Under the pieces are notes generated by a model. It was not told where the DNA came from and did no database searches. It saw only the letters and a list, made by a program, of their open reading frames with translations. From the IMG/VR virus record IMGVR_UViG_3300042554_001750: a stretch of DNA of 64,000 nucleotides; one strand, 5' to 3'. The first letter of the stretch is position 1. The number at the start of each line of letters is the position of its first letter. Made by a program: the position numbers and the translations under genes. This DNA is from a virus. Its lineage: Duplodnaviria; Caudoviricetes. This document shows positions 38,939 through 48,324 of the stretch, one piece after another.

Positions 38939-41233
38939 TTATAATCTTCCGACAGCAACTTCAATGACGCCTTCGATTCCGTCAAAGTTTTCTAGTGCTT
39001 TGCCGATAACTGACCCCATTACTGGAGAGTTACAGGGTCTAGCATATCCATTACCACCGCTAATCATCATATCACCTTTAGATACAATGCCACGAACTTT
39101 TACCGGAACACGACCTTGAAGTGCTATAGCAACTGCAATACCTTTACATCCTGTATTCATTGCGTATGCAGGATCAGTTGACACTACACCCGCAACACGA
39201 ATCGTAGCATCTTCGGCAACAGTTACTTCTTTCTCTCCGCCGAACTCTAAAACTGTTCCGGGTTCATAGTGCTGGTCAGCTTCATAGTATTCTGCCAAGT
39301 CAGCGTATGTTGCATTAAGCCTTGATCCAGAAGTTAATGTCCAATTTCCGGTAATGTAACCAAGAGTTACATTTGATCCTGCTGTTAAGTTTGTAGTTGT
39401 TAATGCTCCATTGCTACCAACAGTTAAAGAAGTTAATGTACCTACGCTTGTGATGTTTGGTTGTGCGTTTGTTGTAACTGTGCCTGCAGTCGTTGCTGAT
39501 GTAGCTGACGTTGCTGATGTGGCTGTCGTTGCTGATGTGGCTGTCGTTGCTGAGCCTGCACTAGTGGCGTATGCTGCATTAGCGACCGTTCCGGTAACAT
39601 TTGCTCCTGCCAGCTGACTTAATCCACTACCATTTCCTGTAAAGACACCTGTATTTGCTGTAATGTTAGCTGCTGTTATATTTCCATTTACACCCAATGA
39701 TGTTAATGTGCCTACGCTAGTAATATTAGGTTGGGCATTGGTATATACTGTACCCGCAACAAGAGCATTTGCTACTTGTCCAGATATATTTCCACCTGCA
39801 AGATTAGTCAAGCCCGAACCATTGCCTGTAAATATACCTGTATTTGCTGTAAAGTTTGCAGCGGTAACTGTTCCATTAACACCTAACCCTGTTAATGTAC
39901 CTACTGATGTAATATTTGGTTGGGCCGCAGTTGCTAATGTGCCTGTTAATAATGTTGCTGAAATGTTTCCCGCAGATACATTACCTGTTATAGAAGCATT
40001 GCCAGCTGTAACAAGGTTTCCACCAGTGATATTACCGGTAGCAACAATTAATCCACTAGTTCCTAAATTTCCTACATTAGCGTTTGATGTAACATTTAAT
40101 AATGTTGCACCTAAATTACCAGTTGCAGAATTAAATGTTAAATTAGCGTTAGCACTTTCGGAAACATTTCCTGTTAATGCATTTGAAAGCAACACATACT
40201 GTGTTCCTGTAGTAGAGGTTGTTATGTTGACAAAATCTGAAACATTGGAATAGCTTACATTTAAGTTAGGAACGCGAGTGGTTGATGATACTTGTAATGG
40301 TGTTGTACCCGTAGACACATTAGATATAAATCTAGAAGCTGTCACTAAACTTGTACTATTCAAATTTCCTACATTAGCATTACCAGTTAAAGTTAAAACA
40401 TTTGTAACTGAGTTATATGTAAAGTTTGCGCTACCACTTGAAATATTACTAGAATTATATTGAACGGTGCTGTTTGCTCCGCCTGCAACACCACCGCCAC
40501 CTCCACTTAGGTCAGTAACAGCAATAGCATTTGGACTATTTGTATATGTCAGAGAACCTAAAGTAAAAGCATTCGCAGAAACTAAATCACTTGTTGTGAA
40601 TAGTATTGTATTTCCTGAAGTTGGAAAATCGGTTGCCAACTTCACATAAAATGTACTTGAGTTAATTGATGAATTACTGACACCATTTACACCTGAAATG
40701 GTTACTGCTGCACCATTGGTATATGGTGTAGTGTTAGCAACACGCATAATCACAGCATTTGCCAATATACCAAACGAATTGGATGTGTCTCGGGTCAAGC
40801 CAATAACATTAGCTCTAATAGTTCCCTTAGGTGTCCAACTTAAGTTACCAGTGCCGTCAGTTTCAAGGACATAACCGATTGCTCCGCCACCGATTTTAAC
40901 ATTTGAAACGGTGCCTAAATTGATTAGTCCACCTGCATTGCCTCCAGCATTGATCCAATTATTGCCATCAAATGCTAATACTTCTCCCACACTATTCGCT
41001 GCAACATTAGCATTACTAATGCTAATGTTGAGATTACCGTACGAACCTTCAATTTGACTGAAATCTATATTAGAATATGAAGTCAGTACTTCAATATTTT
41101 CGTTGGGTGTAGTTTTACCAATAAAAAGTCTTTTTGCATCCGTAGCCCAGCCCAGTTCGCCTTCATCAAGTTGAGGTAAATCAACTAAGTTCCCTGATCT
41201 TGTTTGGATTTTTGATATCTGTACAATTGCCAT
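38939..41233 (-). CDS. tail fibre/spike with Mtd N-terminal-like domain and C-terminal autocleaving chaperone (peptidase G2-like) domain
   Basis: MAIVQISKIQTRSG...LPQLDEGELGWATDAKRLFIG; C-terminal ADLAEYY...GVVSTDPAY...GRVPVKV...IGKALE. Likely start ATG 41233. Confidence 0.75.
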   Translation of the reverse strand: MAIVQISKIQTRSGNLVDLPQLDEGELGWATDAKRLFIGKTTPNENIEVLTSYSNIDFSQIEGSYGNLNISISNANVAANSVGEVLAFDGNNWINAGGNAGGLINLGTVSNVKIGGGAIGYVLETDGTGNLSWTPKGTIRANVIGLTRDTSNSFGILANAVIMRVANTTPYTNGAAVTISGVNGVSNSSINSSTFYVKLATDFPTSGNTILFTTSDLVSANAFTLGSLTYTNSPNAIAVTDLSGGGGGVAGGANSTVQYNSSNISSGSANFTYNSVTNVLTLTGNANVGNLNSTSLVTASRFISNVSTGTTPLQVSSTTRVPNLNVSYSNVSDFVNITTSTTGTQYVLLSNALTGNVSESANANLTFNSATGNLGATLLNVTSNANVGNLGTSGLIVATGNITGGNLVTAGNASITGNVSAGNISATLLTGTLATAAQPNITSVGTLTGLGVNGTVTAANFTANTGIFTGNGSGLTNLAGGNISGQVANALVAGTVYTNAQPNITSVGTLTSLGVNGNITAANITANTGVFTGNGSGLSQLAGANVTGTVANAAYATSAGSATTATSATTATSATSATSATTAGTVTTNAQPNITSVGTLTSLTVGSNGALTTTNLTAGSNVTLGYITGNWTLTSGSRLNATYADLAEYYEADQHYEPGTVLEFGGEKEVTVAEDATIRVAGVVSTDPAYAMNTGCKGIAVAIALQGRVPVKVRGIVSKGDMMISGGNGYARPCNSPVMGSVIGKALENFDGIEGVIEVAVGRL
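39492..39553. repeat. 18-bp tandem repeat (about 3.4 copies) encoding a TSAT/TATS linker
   Basis: Unit GTTGCTGATGT(A/G)GCTG(A/T)C. Confidence 0.85.
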
Positions 41234-41267
41234 AAGTGTAATCTTTAGGTTATTACACTTATTTATC
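41233..41267 (-). promoter_or_regulatory. late promoter overlapping a start-codon-occluding hairpin
   Basis: TAAGTGTAAT-9 nt-ATTACACTTA perfect stem (41233-41261) overlapping GATAAATA (41260-41267). Confidence 0.7.
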
Positions 41268-41275
41268 AAATTTCT

Positions 41276-41959
41276 TTAGACAAACTTCATGTAATATTCT
41301 TCTACCCGTTTAAACCACTTATCTGTCCATTGATCAAATTCATTACCCTCAACAATGAATTCTTGGTAAATGTTGTCTGCTGTACACATAAAAATAACAC
41401 CCTTGCGTATGTTAGTACCGTGTACTTCGTTGTGTGCATTAGCATAGGCTACTAATTGTAAGAAGTAATCCTCAATCCACTCGCGCTTCTTTAATTTGTT
41501 AGATTGCTTGTGATCCATGATAGCAGGACTGCCATCATGTACGCCCACTAAGTCGGTAGTTCCTGCGTATATTTTAGGAAAGTATAATGATACTTCTGTG
41601 CCCCAAAACTCATTACACTTGATAAGTCCTTGATTAATGATAGATTGAGCCATTTGATGACTTTGAATGCTATATGGATTAGAACCGGGCGTCCCCAGTT
41701 CACCAGTCTTAATATAATCTTCAATCCACTTATGCATGCGAGTTCCGCGGCCCGCTGCCTCAGTAGTTATAGCTTGCGCTTGCTTTTCACCGACCCGTTG
41801 ACGCCATTCACGCAAAGCTTTTTTTGCTTCCTCTGGTTTTGTTGCATCTAAAATCGTAGTAACGCTTGGAAGCTTTTCACCGTCAGGTGTGGCGTATTTA
41901 CGGGCGCCATCTATGTTTTCGCGGTTGATCGCTGTGTAATTAAATTTTTGAGTAAGCAT
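41276..41959 (-). CDS. PD-(D/E)XK exonuclease
   Basis: PSVTTIL, RGTRMH, EVSLY, YAGTTDLV, IMDHKQS and QLVAY motifs. Confidence 0.8.
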   Translation of the reverse strand: MLTQKFNYTAINRENIDGARKYATPDGEKLPSVTTILDATKPEEAKKALREWRQRVGEKQAQAITTEAAGRGTRMHKWIEDYIKTGELGTPGSNPYSIQSHQMAQSIINQGLIKCNEFWGTEVSLYFPKIYAGTTDLVGVHDGSPAIMDHKQSNKLKKREWIEDYFLQLVAYANAHNEVHGTNIRKGVIFMCTADNIYQEFIVEGNEFDQWTDKWFKRVEEYYMKFV

Positions 41960-41965
41960 TAGGAA

Positions 41966-41994
41966 ATTGTAATGCTTTCATGAACAGATTGCAA
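41966..41994 (-). promoter_or_regulatory. sigma70-type promoter
   Basis: TTGCAA-17 bp-TACAAT; ATG 6 nt downstream. Confidence 0.65.
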
Positions 41995-42003
41995 CAAAAA
42001 AGG

Positions 42004-42327
42004 TTACTTAATGGCTCTTTTAGCCATTTGTTGAACAACTTTCTTTTGTTGGTCAACAGGTGCAGATACTCCTAAATCGTACCCTTTAAATATAACTTGA
42101 TCACCCTTGATATTAGAAATCAATTTGTTTAAGGGTGGTCTCTTAATCATATTGTATAAATCTTGATTACTCAATGAAATATCGTACTTGCGTAGGTACT
42201 TTAATAGTTCTTCCAGTGACATTTCAGGTGAAATGTCACCGGCATCTAAATCGGATTTTAATTGGTCAGTGACCGCAGCTAGTGCGGTCGCTCTAGGATC
42301 AATTTGATCCAATTCAAATATACGCAT
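42004..42327 (-). CDS. hypothetical protein
   Basis: Likely start ATG 42327 (MRIFELD). Confidence 0.75.
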   Translation of the reverse strand: MRIFELDQIDPRATALAAVTDQLKSDLDAGDISPEMSLEELLKYLRKYDISLSNQDLYNMIKRPPLNKLISNIKGDQVIFKGYDLGVSAPVDQQKKVVQQMAKRAIK

Positions 42328-42328
42328 A

Positions 42329-43033
42329 TTAACGCTTTTCTCTACCAGCGCCTCCGACTGGACCAACTTCTGGCTCTTCAGGCTCTAAGTCTGGCTCAGG
42401 TAATTCTGCCATTTCATCGTCGGACACATCAAGGTCAACCTCTTCTTCAGATCCCATATCTGCTCCCATATCAGGAGCGGCAAATGCATCAGGTTGTGCA
42501 CCTTGACCTGTGATTGTATTCAATGCACCTTGCATAGAAGCCTTTGATTGGCTAAGTGCGGTTTGTAGAGAAGTCAATGCTTCTGTGGCTTGATTGTTGA
42601 ATTGTTCGCTTTCGTTAACACCCATTTCAGATTGAATGCTATTAACTAAAGCAGGCAATTCTTTAACTAACATGTCACTGACATCTTCAACCATTTTTTG
42701 AATGCTGTCAACCATGTCTTGTGCCGCTAAAACAACTTGAGACTTTTCAACTTCTTCGTTTTCAATAACGATACGAGGTTGTGGTCTTGCCATTAGTTCA
42801 TTGTGATGACTAACAAGTGCCTGCTCCATGAACACTAGTTTCATGTATGAAGGCTTTGAACTTTCTGTGTAAAAGTCTTTGTCTTGTTTAGCTTCCATTG
42901 CCAAAGCTCTTACCTTTTGCAACATCATTTTTACTTCAGGTAATGTCATTTTTGACACATCAAAAGAAACTTTATAGTTTTCTTTAAGTGCTTTAGCAGC
43001 ATAGTCTTTTTTATCAAAATCTGTTAATTTCAT
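42329..43033 (-). CDS. hypothetical late protein with acidic tail
   Basis: 234-aa ORF; GATAAATA at 43059-43066. Confidence 0.8.
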   Translation of the reverse strand: MKLTDFDKKDYAAKALKENYKVSFDVSKMTLPEVKMMLQKVRALAMEAKQDKDFYTESSKPSYMKLVFMEQALVSHHNELMARPQPRIVIENEEVEKSQVVLAAQDMVDSIQKMVEDVSDMLVKELPALVNSIQSEMGVNESEQFNNQATEALTSLQTALSQSKASMQGALNTITGQGAQPDAFAAPDMGADMGSEEEVDLDVSDDEMAELPEPDLEPEEPEVGPVGGAGREKR

Positions 43034-43076
43034 AGTGGTTTTCCAAAATGTTATAATGTATTTATCTTTAATGAAT

Positions 43077-43556
43077 TTATTTTTGGTCTTTTAAGTAAAG
43101 AGTATTATACTGATGGAATTTAGCGGTTGCTGAGTAACCTTCTAGTTCCGCCAGCATAGTCTTTCTTTTGAGTTTTTCTTCATTAAGCTTTATCATATGC
43201 AAAAACTTTGCATCTAAATTGTTTTCTTTTGCTATTAATCTTTTAATAATAGACATAGAAACTTCAAGTCCGGATATTTTAGCATCCAGTTCTGCTACTC
43301 TGTTAGAAATCTGCCATTTTTTACGCTTTTCATAGATGCACCAGGTAACTGCATTTTTAAGGTTTGAAAAGATTGATTTAGAATCTCCATATAATCCGAT
43401 AACTTCAAATAGATTAGAATCTATTCTAGTTATTTTATATCGGTTAAACAACTCATAATTTCCATCTTCATTTTTAAAGATGGATAAATCTCCAGTAACC
43501 GAGTTCATTTCTCGGATGAAAAAATTTGTTACCTTTGTTTCTATGTTTTTATTCAT
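43077..43556 (-). CDS. hypothetical protein
   Basis: 159-aa ORF. Confidence 0.75.
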   Translation of the reverse strand: MNKNIETKVTNFFIREMNSVTGDLSIFKNEDGNYELFNRYKITRIDSNLFEVIGLYGDSKSIFSNLKNAVTWCIYEKRKKWQISNRVAELDAKISGLEVSMSIIKRLIAKENNLDAKFLHMIKLNEEKLKRKTMLAELEGYSATAKFHQYNTLYLKDQK

Positions 43557-44001
43557 TTACAATACTAAAATAAATGTTTCTAAGTTCAGGAGTTGAATCC
43601 AAAAAATTGTTAGTTTTTGGATATTCGTTTCCCGACAACAACATCGGCACTCCATGACAATCATTATATAATGCCCCTAATTCAGTTATACCATTATAAA
43701 ATACACTGGGATGTTGTACAGAAAAATTAAATGTCCAGCAGGGTACAGAAACTGTTTCTTGTTCAGATAGTAAAAACCCAAAATATTCAACTTCGTTTAA
43801 TTTTAAATCAAATTTTTTAGGTACCGATATTTGTTCAGGCTGTGATCTTAATGAGATTACCTGCAAGATGGTATCTAGGTTGCATTGAGAATTTCTTTTT
43901 GACTTCCATTCTTCAATGTGATCTTCAGGTGGTTTGGACCTATTTGACACCCCTGTTTGAGTAATATCAAATAATGTATAGCAAATCATCCTATGGCTCA
44001 T
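43549..44001 (-). CDS. hypothetical protein
   Basis: 150-aa ORF; CATAAATA 5 nt upstream of the ATG. Confidence 0.75.
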   Translation of the reverse strand: MSHRMICYTLFDITQTGVSNRSKPPEDHIEEWKSKRNSQCNLDTILQVISLRSQPEQISVPKKFDLKLNEVEYFGFLLSEQETVSVPCWTFNFSVQHPSVFYNGITELGALYNDCHGVPMLLSGNEYPKTNNFLDSTPELRNIYFSIVNE

Positions 44002-44020
44002 GAAGATATTTATGAGGTAA

Positions 44021-44049
44021 AAAAACCCGAGAATAATTCTCGGGTTTTT
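44021..44049. terminator. intrinsic terminator
   Basis: AAAAACCCGAGAA-TAA-TTCTCGGGTTTTT. Confidence 0.88.
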
Positions 44050-44065
44050 GTGTCAAACTAAAAGA

Positions 44066-44434
44066 TTAGTTTGTGAATGTAGCACTTGCAGCTACTGTTA
44101 CTGCAATACCAGCTGCTGTTACAGCGGTATCTAATGTTGCTGCTGTCCATGCACCAACTGGATATACAGCCATTGCGAATGTATCGTCAGAAGCGTCTGT
44201 ATACTCATAGATATAGATTGTAGCTAATTGCTGAACAGTCTGAACGATTGTAGCAACGTTTGCTGTGCTGAATGCACCTGTGTCCTTGGTTAGAGTGAAG
44301 AACTCTAGCTTAGGACCTTGTGGTTGAACTGTTGCACCAGAAACAACTGCGTTTAAGCCATTGTTGGTATATGCTGGAGAGTCATAGTTGATGACTGGTT
44401 GAAAGTCGCCGTTAACTTTTGTAAATTGTGCCAT
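44066..44434 (-). CDS. highly expressed small structural protein (possible capsid decoration)
   Basis: Own late promoter (44479-44486), 5' hairpin (44456-44472), AAGGA RBS, own terminator and biased codons. Confidence 0.6.
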   Translation of the reverse strand: MAQFTKVNGDFQPVINYDSPAYTNNGLNAVVSGATVQPQGPKLEFFTLTKDTGAFSTANVATIVQTVQQLATIYIYEYTDASDDTFAMAVYPVGAWTAATLDTAVTAAGIAVTVAASATFTN

Positions 44435-44513
44435 TTTAATATTCCTTAAATAAGTTGCAACCTACTGTTGCATGATAGTATTTATGCCTGGCACAAAAAA
44501 ATGTTGGTTTTGG

Positions 44514-45671
44514 TTAGGTTCTTCCGGCTAAATTTTGTGCTGAAAAGCCCATTCTATCTACAAATTTCAAGCCCTGACTGACGAATCCTTCTTGGGTTCT
44601 AGTACCGTCTTGTAGGTAACCCTGTACAGGAGCAGATTCAGCGGCTTTGTTTAGTTGCTGAACTACAGCCATTTTTAAGTTGTATAATGCTATCCAAATT
44701 CTAAATGCACCCAACAAGCCTTCTTTATTAGCTTCAATATGCTGTGTCAATTTAGTACGCATATTATCTGTCATGGGTCTACTTTCAAAGTATTCCATAA
44801 ACCCGTCATACAAATTACTTAAATTTTTACTAACTATTTTTTTGTTTATGTAGGTAGTGAACAAGTTTTGAAATGCGCTAGCAGCCTGAGGGGCTGTACT
44901 CATTAGTTTATCTACAGCAGGTCCATACTTGGTAATCTCAGCTTGTGCATTTCTAATCAATTTAGGATCTACTCTAAGATCAGGAGTCATGGGCATCTTA
45001 GCAGGAACAATCGCTACATCACTTGCGTTCTTTAAATTACCTATAGTACCATTTAATGGAGTAGCCTGATCGGTTGTGATAGCTCCCTCGGGAATATATT
45101 GATGAACTACAATTCCTGCTGTTTTGTTTGTTAATTCTTTTCCAATTTCACTATCAGGATCTACTGTGTATTCTATACCGTTTGGATTAGCTTTAAAATG
45201 ATATAATCCATCATTGCTGGGTTTTAACGGTTGACTAAACAATAAGTCTCCCCAGTAATAGCCCTTACCCGGGGTTGACTTTTCTAACCCAGACCATATC
45301 TCACCAATTAGTTGATGTAACTGACTTCTATCTACTCCCCTATCACTGTCATATTTGACAAACTGACTAGGGCTGTAGATTGCTCTACCGGACCCGTCTT
45401 TTTTGTTGAACATATGCTTGTCCATGATAGAAAACTTCCCATCAGAACCACGCCCGAATATCAATGCAGGATATCCGTCCCATTTAATTGTAATTGCTTT
45501 GGGATTTTTAACGGTGTTTACAATTGCATCTACAGCTTGATTGGCGCCGTCACTTCCACCTAAAAATACCAGATCCTCAGGATGGTCTAAATGACCCTTT
45601 GCCTCAAAGACTAAAGAATCCAAATCCTTTAGCCTGTCTGTCAATTTAGATAAAGATTCCGATAAGTTCAT
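44514..45671 (-). CDS. ligase-like nucleotidyltransferase (DUF6267-type)
   Basis: HLDHPED, ITIKWDG (motif I KxDG), WGDLLF, QEGFV and LKFVDR. Confidence 0.6.
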   Translation of the reverse strand: MNLSESLSKLTDRLKDLDSLVFEAKGHLDHPEDLVFLGGSDGANQAVDAIVNTVKNPKAITIKWDGYPALIFGRGSDGKFSIMDKHMFNKKDGSGRAIYSPSQFVKYDSDRGVDRSQLHQLIGEIWSGLEKSTPGKGYYWGDLLFSQPLKPSNDGLYHFKANPNGIEYTVDPDSEIGKELTNKTAGIVVHQYIPEGAITTDQATPLNGTIGNLKNASDVAIVPAKMPMTPDLRVDPKLIRNAQAEITKYGPAVDKLMSTAPQAASAFQNLFTTYINKKIVSKNLSNLYDGFMEYFESRPMTDNMRTKLTQHIEANKEGLLGAFRIWIALYNLKMAVVQQLNKAAESAPVQGYLQDGTRTQEGFVSQGLKFVDRMGFSAQNLAGRT

Positions 45672-45672
45672 A

Positions 45673-45924
45673 TTATTCGTCTTGTTCTTTAGTTTTCTTT
45701 AATGATTTTGAAAAACGGTTTTGGTCTCTGCTTTTTATAGCATTCAAAAGTTTTCTTTCTAAAACCTCAGACTTATCTTTATCGTAATGTCTATTAATAA
45801 GTTCTAGTAAATTAATAGCACTGGTAATGATATTATGAGCCCTATTTTCAATAATATGTGACATGTCACGATTACTGCCAATGGACTCTAATTCTTCTAA
45901 TAGGCTACGGGTTTTCTTTTGCAT
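45673..45924 (-). CDS. hypothetical protein
   Basis: 83-aa ORF; GATAAATA 4 nt upstream of the ATG. Confidence 0.8.
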   Translation of the reverse strand: MQKKTRSLLEELESIGSNRDMSHIIENRAHNIITSAINLLELINRHYDKDKSEVLERKLLNAIKSRDQNRFSKSLKKTKEQDE

Positions 45925-45947
45925 CTAGTATTTATCTAGTATCTAGA

Positions 45948-47363
45948 TTATTTTTTGAGCGAATTTAATAGGGCCTTGAGTTTTGCACTTCCTACATCAG
46001 CGACCACTTTCTTAGTTTCAGGCTGAATTTCGCCTGTGTTTGGATCTACAGTTTCTGAAACTACTGTACTCTGAGTTTTAAGCCTATTCATTAGATCATT
46101 GGGACTAGGTTGCGGAGCTTTGTAAGTATTTGCGTCAGGATTAGGATCCGTAATTCTTAATGTTTCTACATTAAATTCCAACTCAATCTTTTGTCCCACA
46201 CCCGAACTACTACGGGTTTTCATTAACTGTAATTGATACTGTCCACGCTCACGCATAGACCTAGAAGTAAAGATACCGAACACATTATCTGCTGTGTTAA
46301 TCTTTGAAATACCACCTGAGATATGACTATGATCAAATTCAATTTCTTCTACAGCACTACGGTTCAACTGACTTGCTGTGACAAATAATACATTTAATTC
46401 TTTAGCCAAGTTACGCAACTCTTCCGATACATATTTGTCTTTCACAAACAAGTCTGAAGGACTGACCTTTGCGCTGACAGGCATGAGCAAGTCCAAATAG
46501 TCTACACACAAAAAGTCAAGTCTCAAACCTGTTTGAATTTGAAGTTCTTTACAATATGCTCTTAAATCATTTACTGTACTTTGAGCAGGCATATATTTGA
46601 TTCGCAAGCCACCTGCTTTCTTTTGTAGCATCTTGACCTTCATTTCAACATTGTCAATGTCTTTGAAGATTTCACGGCTGCTTGTATCTGTCATCATACT
46701 ATCAATACGCATACTACACAAGCCCTCACTAAGTTCTAGTGTTACATACACACCGTTTAATCCTGCTTGTGCCCAGTTAACTGCTAAATTCTGCATGAAC
46801 AAACTCTTGCCTGATCCTGAGCCACCTGCAAAAATTTGAAGTTCACCGCGATTGAAACCACCATATAATTTCTGATCCATACTAGGCCAGCCAGTGCTAT
46901 TCTGTCCATTGTTAGATTTCAATGCCATCAATCGTGCTCTAGGATCAGCAAAGTAATCTGTACCCATATCTTTCTGTAGACTAATCTGCACGGCGTCTTT
47001 GATTAGTTTTTCTACAGGACCATACTCACCCTTTTCAAGTAAGTCTGCTGATTTAAGAATCGCTCTTTCAAGTTCTTGTCGTTTAGTGAATTGTTCAAAT
47101 TCATCTAGAAACCACTGATAGTGCCCATCATCAAGTTCTGAAATGTTTTCAACTTCAACTCCTGTTGATGCCTTTACCTGCGCAGGGTCGGGCATAATGT
47201 TATATTTTTTGCTATGCTCTACTAAAAATTCTGCTACAGGTTTTAATTTGCGGTCAAAATTACTTGGGTTCATGATATTCATGACCCGTGTATACAGTTC
47301 TGCGTTTGTAACCATCATACGCAAAAACAACAACTGCATATCACTATTATATTCTGTGCTCAA
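45948..47363 (-). CDS. gp41: replicative DnaB-like helicase (gp41)
   Basis: AGGSGSGKS, VTLELSE, VDYLDL, TASQLNR and KINTADNV motifs. Confidence 0.92.
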   Translation of the reverse strand: MSTEYNSDMQLLFLRMMVTNAELYTRVMNIMNPSNFDRKLKPVAEFLVEHSKKYNIMPDPAQVKASTGVEVENISELDDGHYQWFLDEFEQFTKRQELERAILKSADLLEKGEYGPVEKLIKDAVQISLQKDMGTDYFADPRARLMALKSNNGQNSTGWPSMDQKLYGGFNRGELQIFAGGSGSGKSLFMQNLAVNWAQAGLNGVYVTLELSEGLCSMRIDSMMTDTSSREIFKDIDNVEMKVKMLQKKAGGLRIKYMPAQSTVNDLRAYCKELQIQTGLRLDFLCVDYLDLLMPVSAKVSPSDLFVKDKYVSEELRNLAKELNVLFVTASQLNRSAVEEIEFDHSHISGGISKINTADNVFGIFTSRSMRERGQYQLQLMKTRSSSGVGQKIELEFNVETLRITDPNPDANTYKAPQPSPNDLMNRLKTQSTVVSETVDPNTGEIQPETKKVVADVGSAKLKALLNSLKK

Positions 47364-48321
47364 GTTTTCTCCTCTGTATTTCTATTTTGACTTTACTTGT
47401 AGTTGCACTCTGTAAGATACTTAGTAATGTAGGGAGTTTACCATATTTTACTACTGCATCGTTTACATCTTTTACATCATTGTCCCAATTTGGTATACTA
47501 ACACTATATCCTAATTCTAATGCTTTATCACAAGTACTAAGCCCTGTCTTATCACGATCTGGTACAAAGATAATTTTTCTATTGAGTTGGCTCAATAACT
47601 CAACTTGGTCATCATTAATTGTGTTATGAGTTAACGCACAACCATTGATACTTAATGCGTCAAAAATACCTTCTACCAATATACAAACTTCATATTCAGG
47701 TTTTTGAAAATCAATACCAAACACATATCCTTGCTGTTGCTCATTGATGTATTTAGGTGTCTTGTTGTCTAAGAAGCGACTGGTGTGACCTACAATTTTA
47801 TTTTGATAGGTATATGGAATGATTATTCTATTGCCTTGGCGACCACTTTCATTTGGTGTAATCATGAACGGGTAGTCACTAACATTTATACCCCGTGCCT
47901 GCACATAATCCACATATACTTTGTGTAATGGATTGTTTACATCAAGTAATTCACCTTCGGGAAGAGTATGTTCTTTAAACTTGATTTTCTTTTTATTCTT
48001 TTTAACTTGTACATAAGACAATAAATCTTTATGCTGTAAACTTTCAAGGCTCCAGCGTTGGATTTGCTGTTCGTCTATGCCAGACCACATCAATAATTGT
48101 TTTGTATTTTTGGTTATGCTTTTTCCCAACATGAATCCACACTTGAACCCACAGTTGAAACAATGCATACTCCAATTATCACCGTCCATTCTGATTCCGC
48201 CGCGACTGCGTTTATCGGGTTTGTGACCACGATTATGGCAACACACTGCGTTGAAACTATGCCAACCGCTTTGTGTGAGTTTTTTCTTACCCGGAATAAC
48301 AGACAGGATATCAAACATCAT
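47347..48321 (-). CDS. gp61: DNA primase (gp61-like)
   Basis: N-terminal zinc-binding CCH...HCFNC; TOPRIM VEGIFDA...PDRD...KDVND. Confidence 0.9.
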   Translation of the reverse strand: MMFDILSVIPGKKKLTQSGWHSFNAVCCHNRGHKPDKRSRGGIRMDGDNWSMHCFNCGFKCGFMLGKSITKNTKQLLMWSGIDEQQIQRWSLESLQHKDLLSYVQVKKNKKKIKFKEHTLPEGELLDVNNPLHKVYVDYVQARGINVSDYPFMITPNESGRQGNRIIIPYTYQNKIVGHTSRFLDNKTPKYINEQQQGYVFGIDFQKPEYEVCILVEGIFDALSINGCALTHNTINDDQVELLSQLNRKIIFVPDRDKTGLSTCDKALELGYSVSIPNWDNDVKDVNDAVVKYGKLPTLLSILQSATTSKVKIEIQRRKLEHRI

Positions 48322-48324
48322 GTA

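Noticed and set aside
38939-41233. Diversity-generating retroelement target, suggested by the Mtd-like N-terminus
   Set aside because: No reverse transcriptase and no TR/VR pair differing only at adenines was seen in the window, and the C-terminus is a chaperone domain rather than a C-type lectin.
41276-41959. Cas4/CRISPR locus
   Set aside because: The nuclease lacks the four-cysteine Fe-S cluster, and no repeat-spacer array was found.
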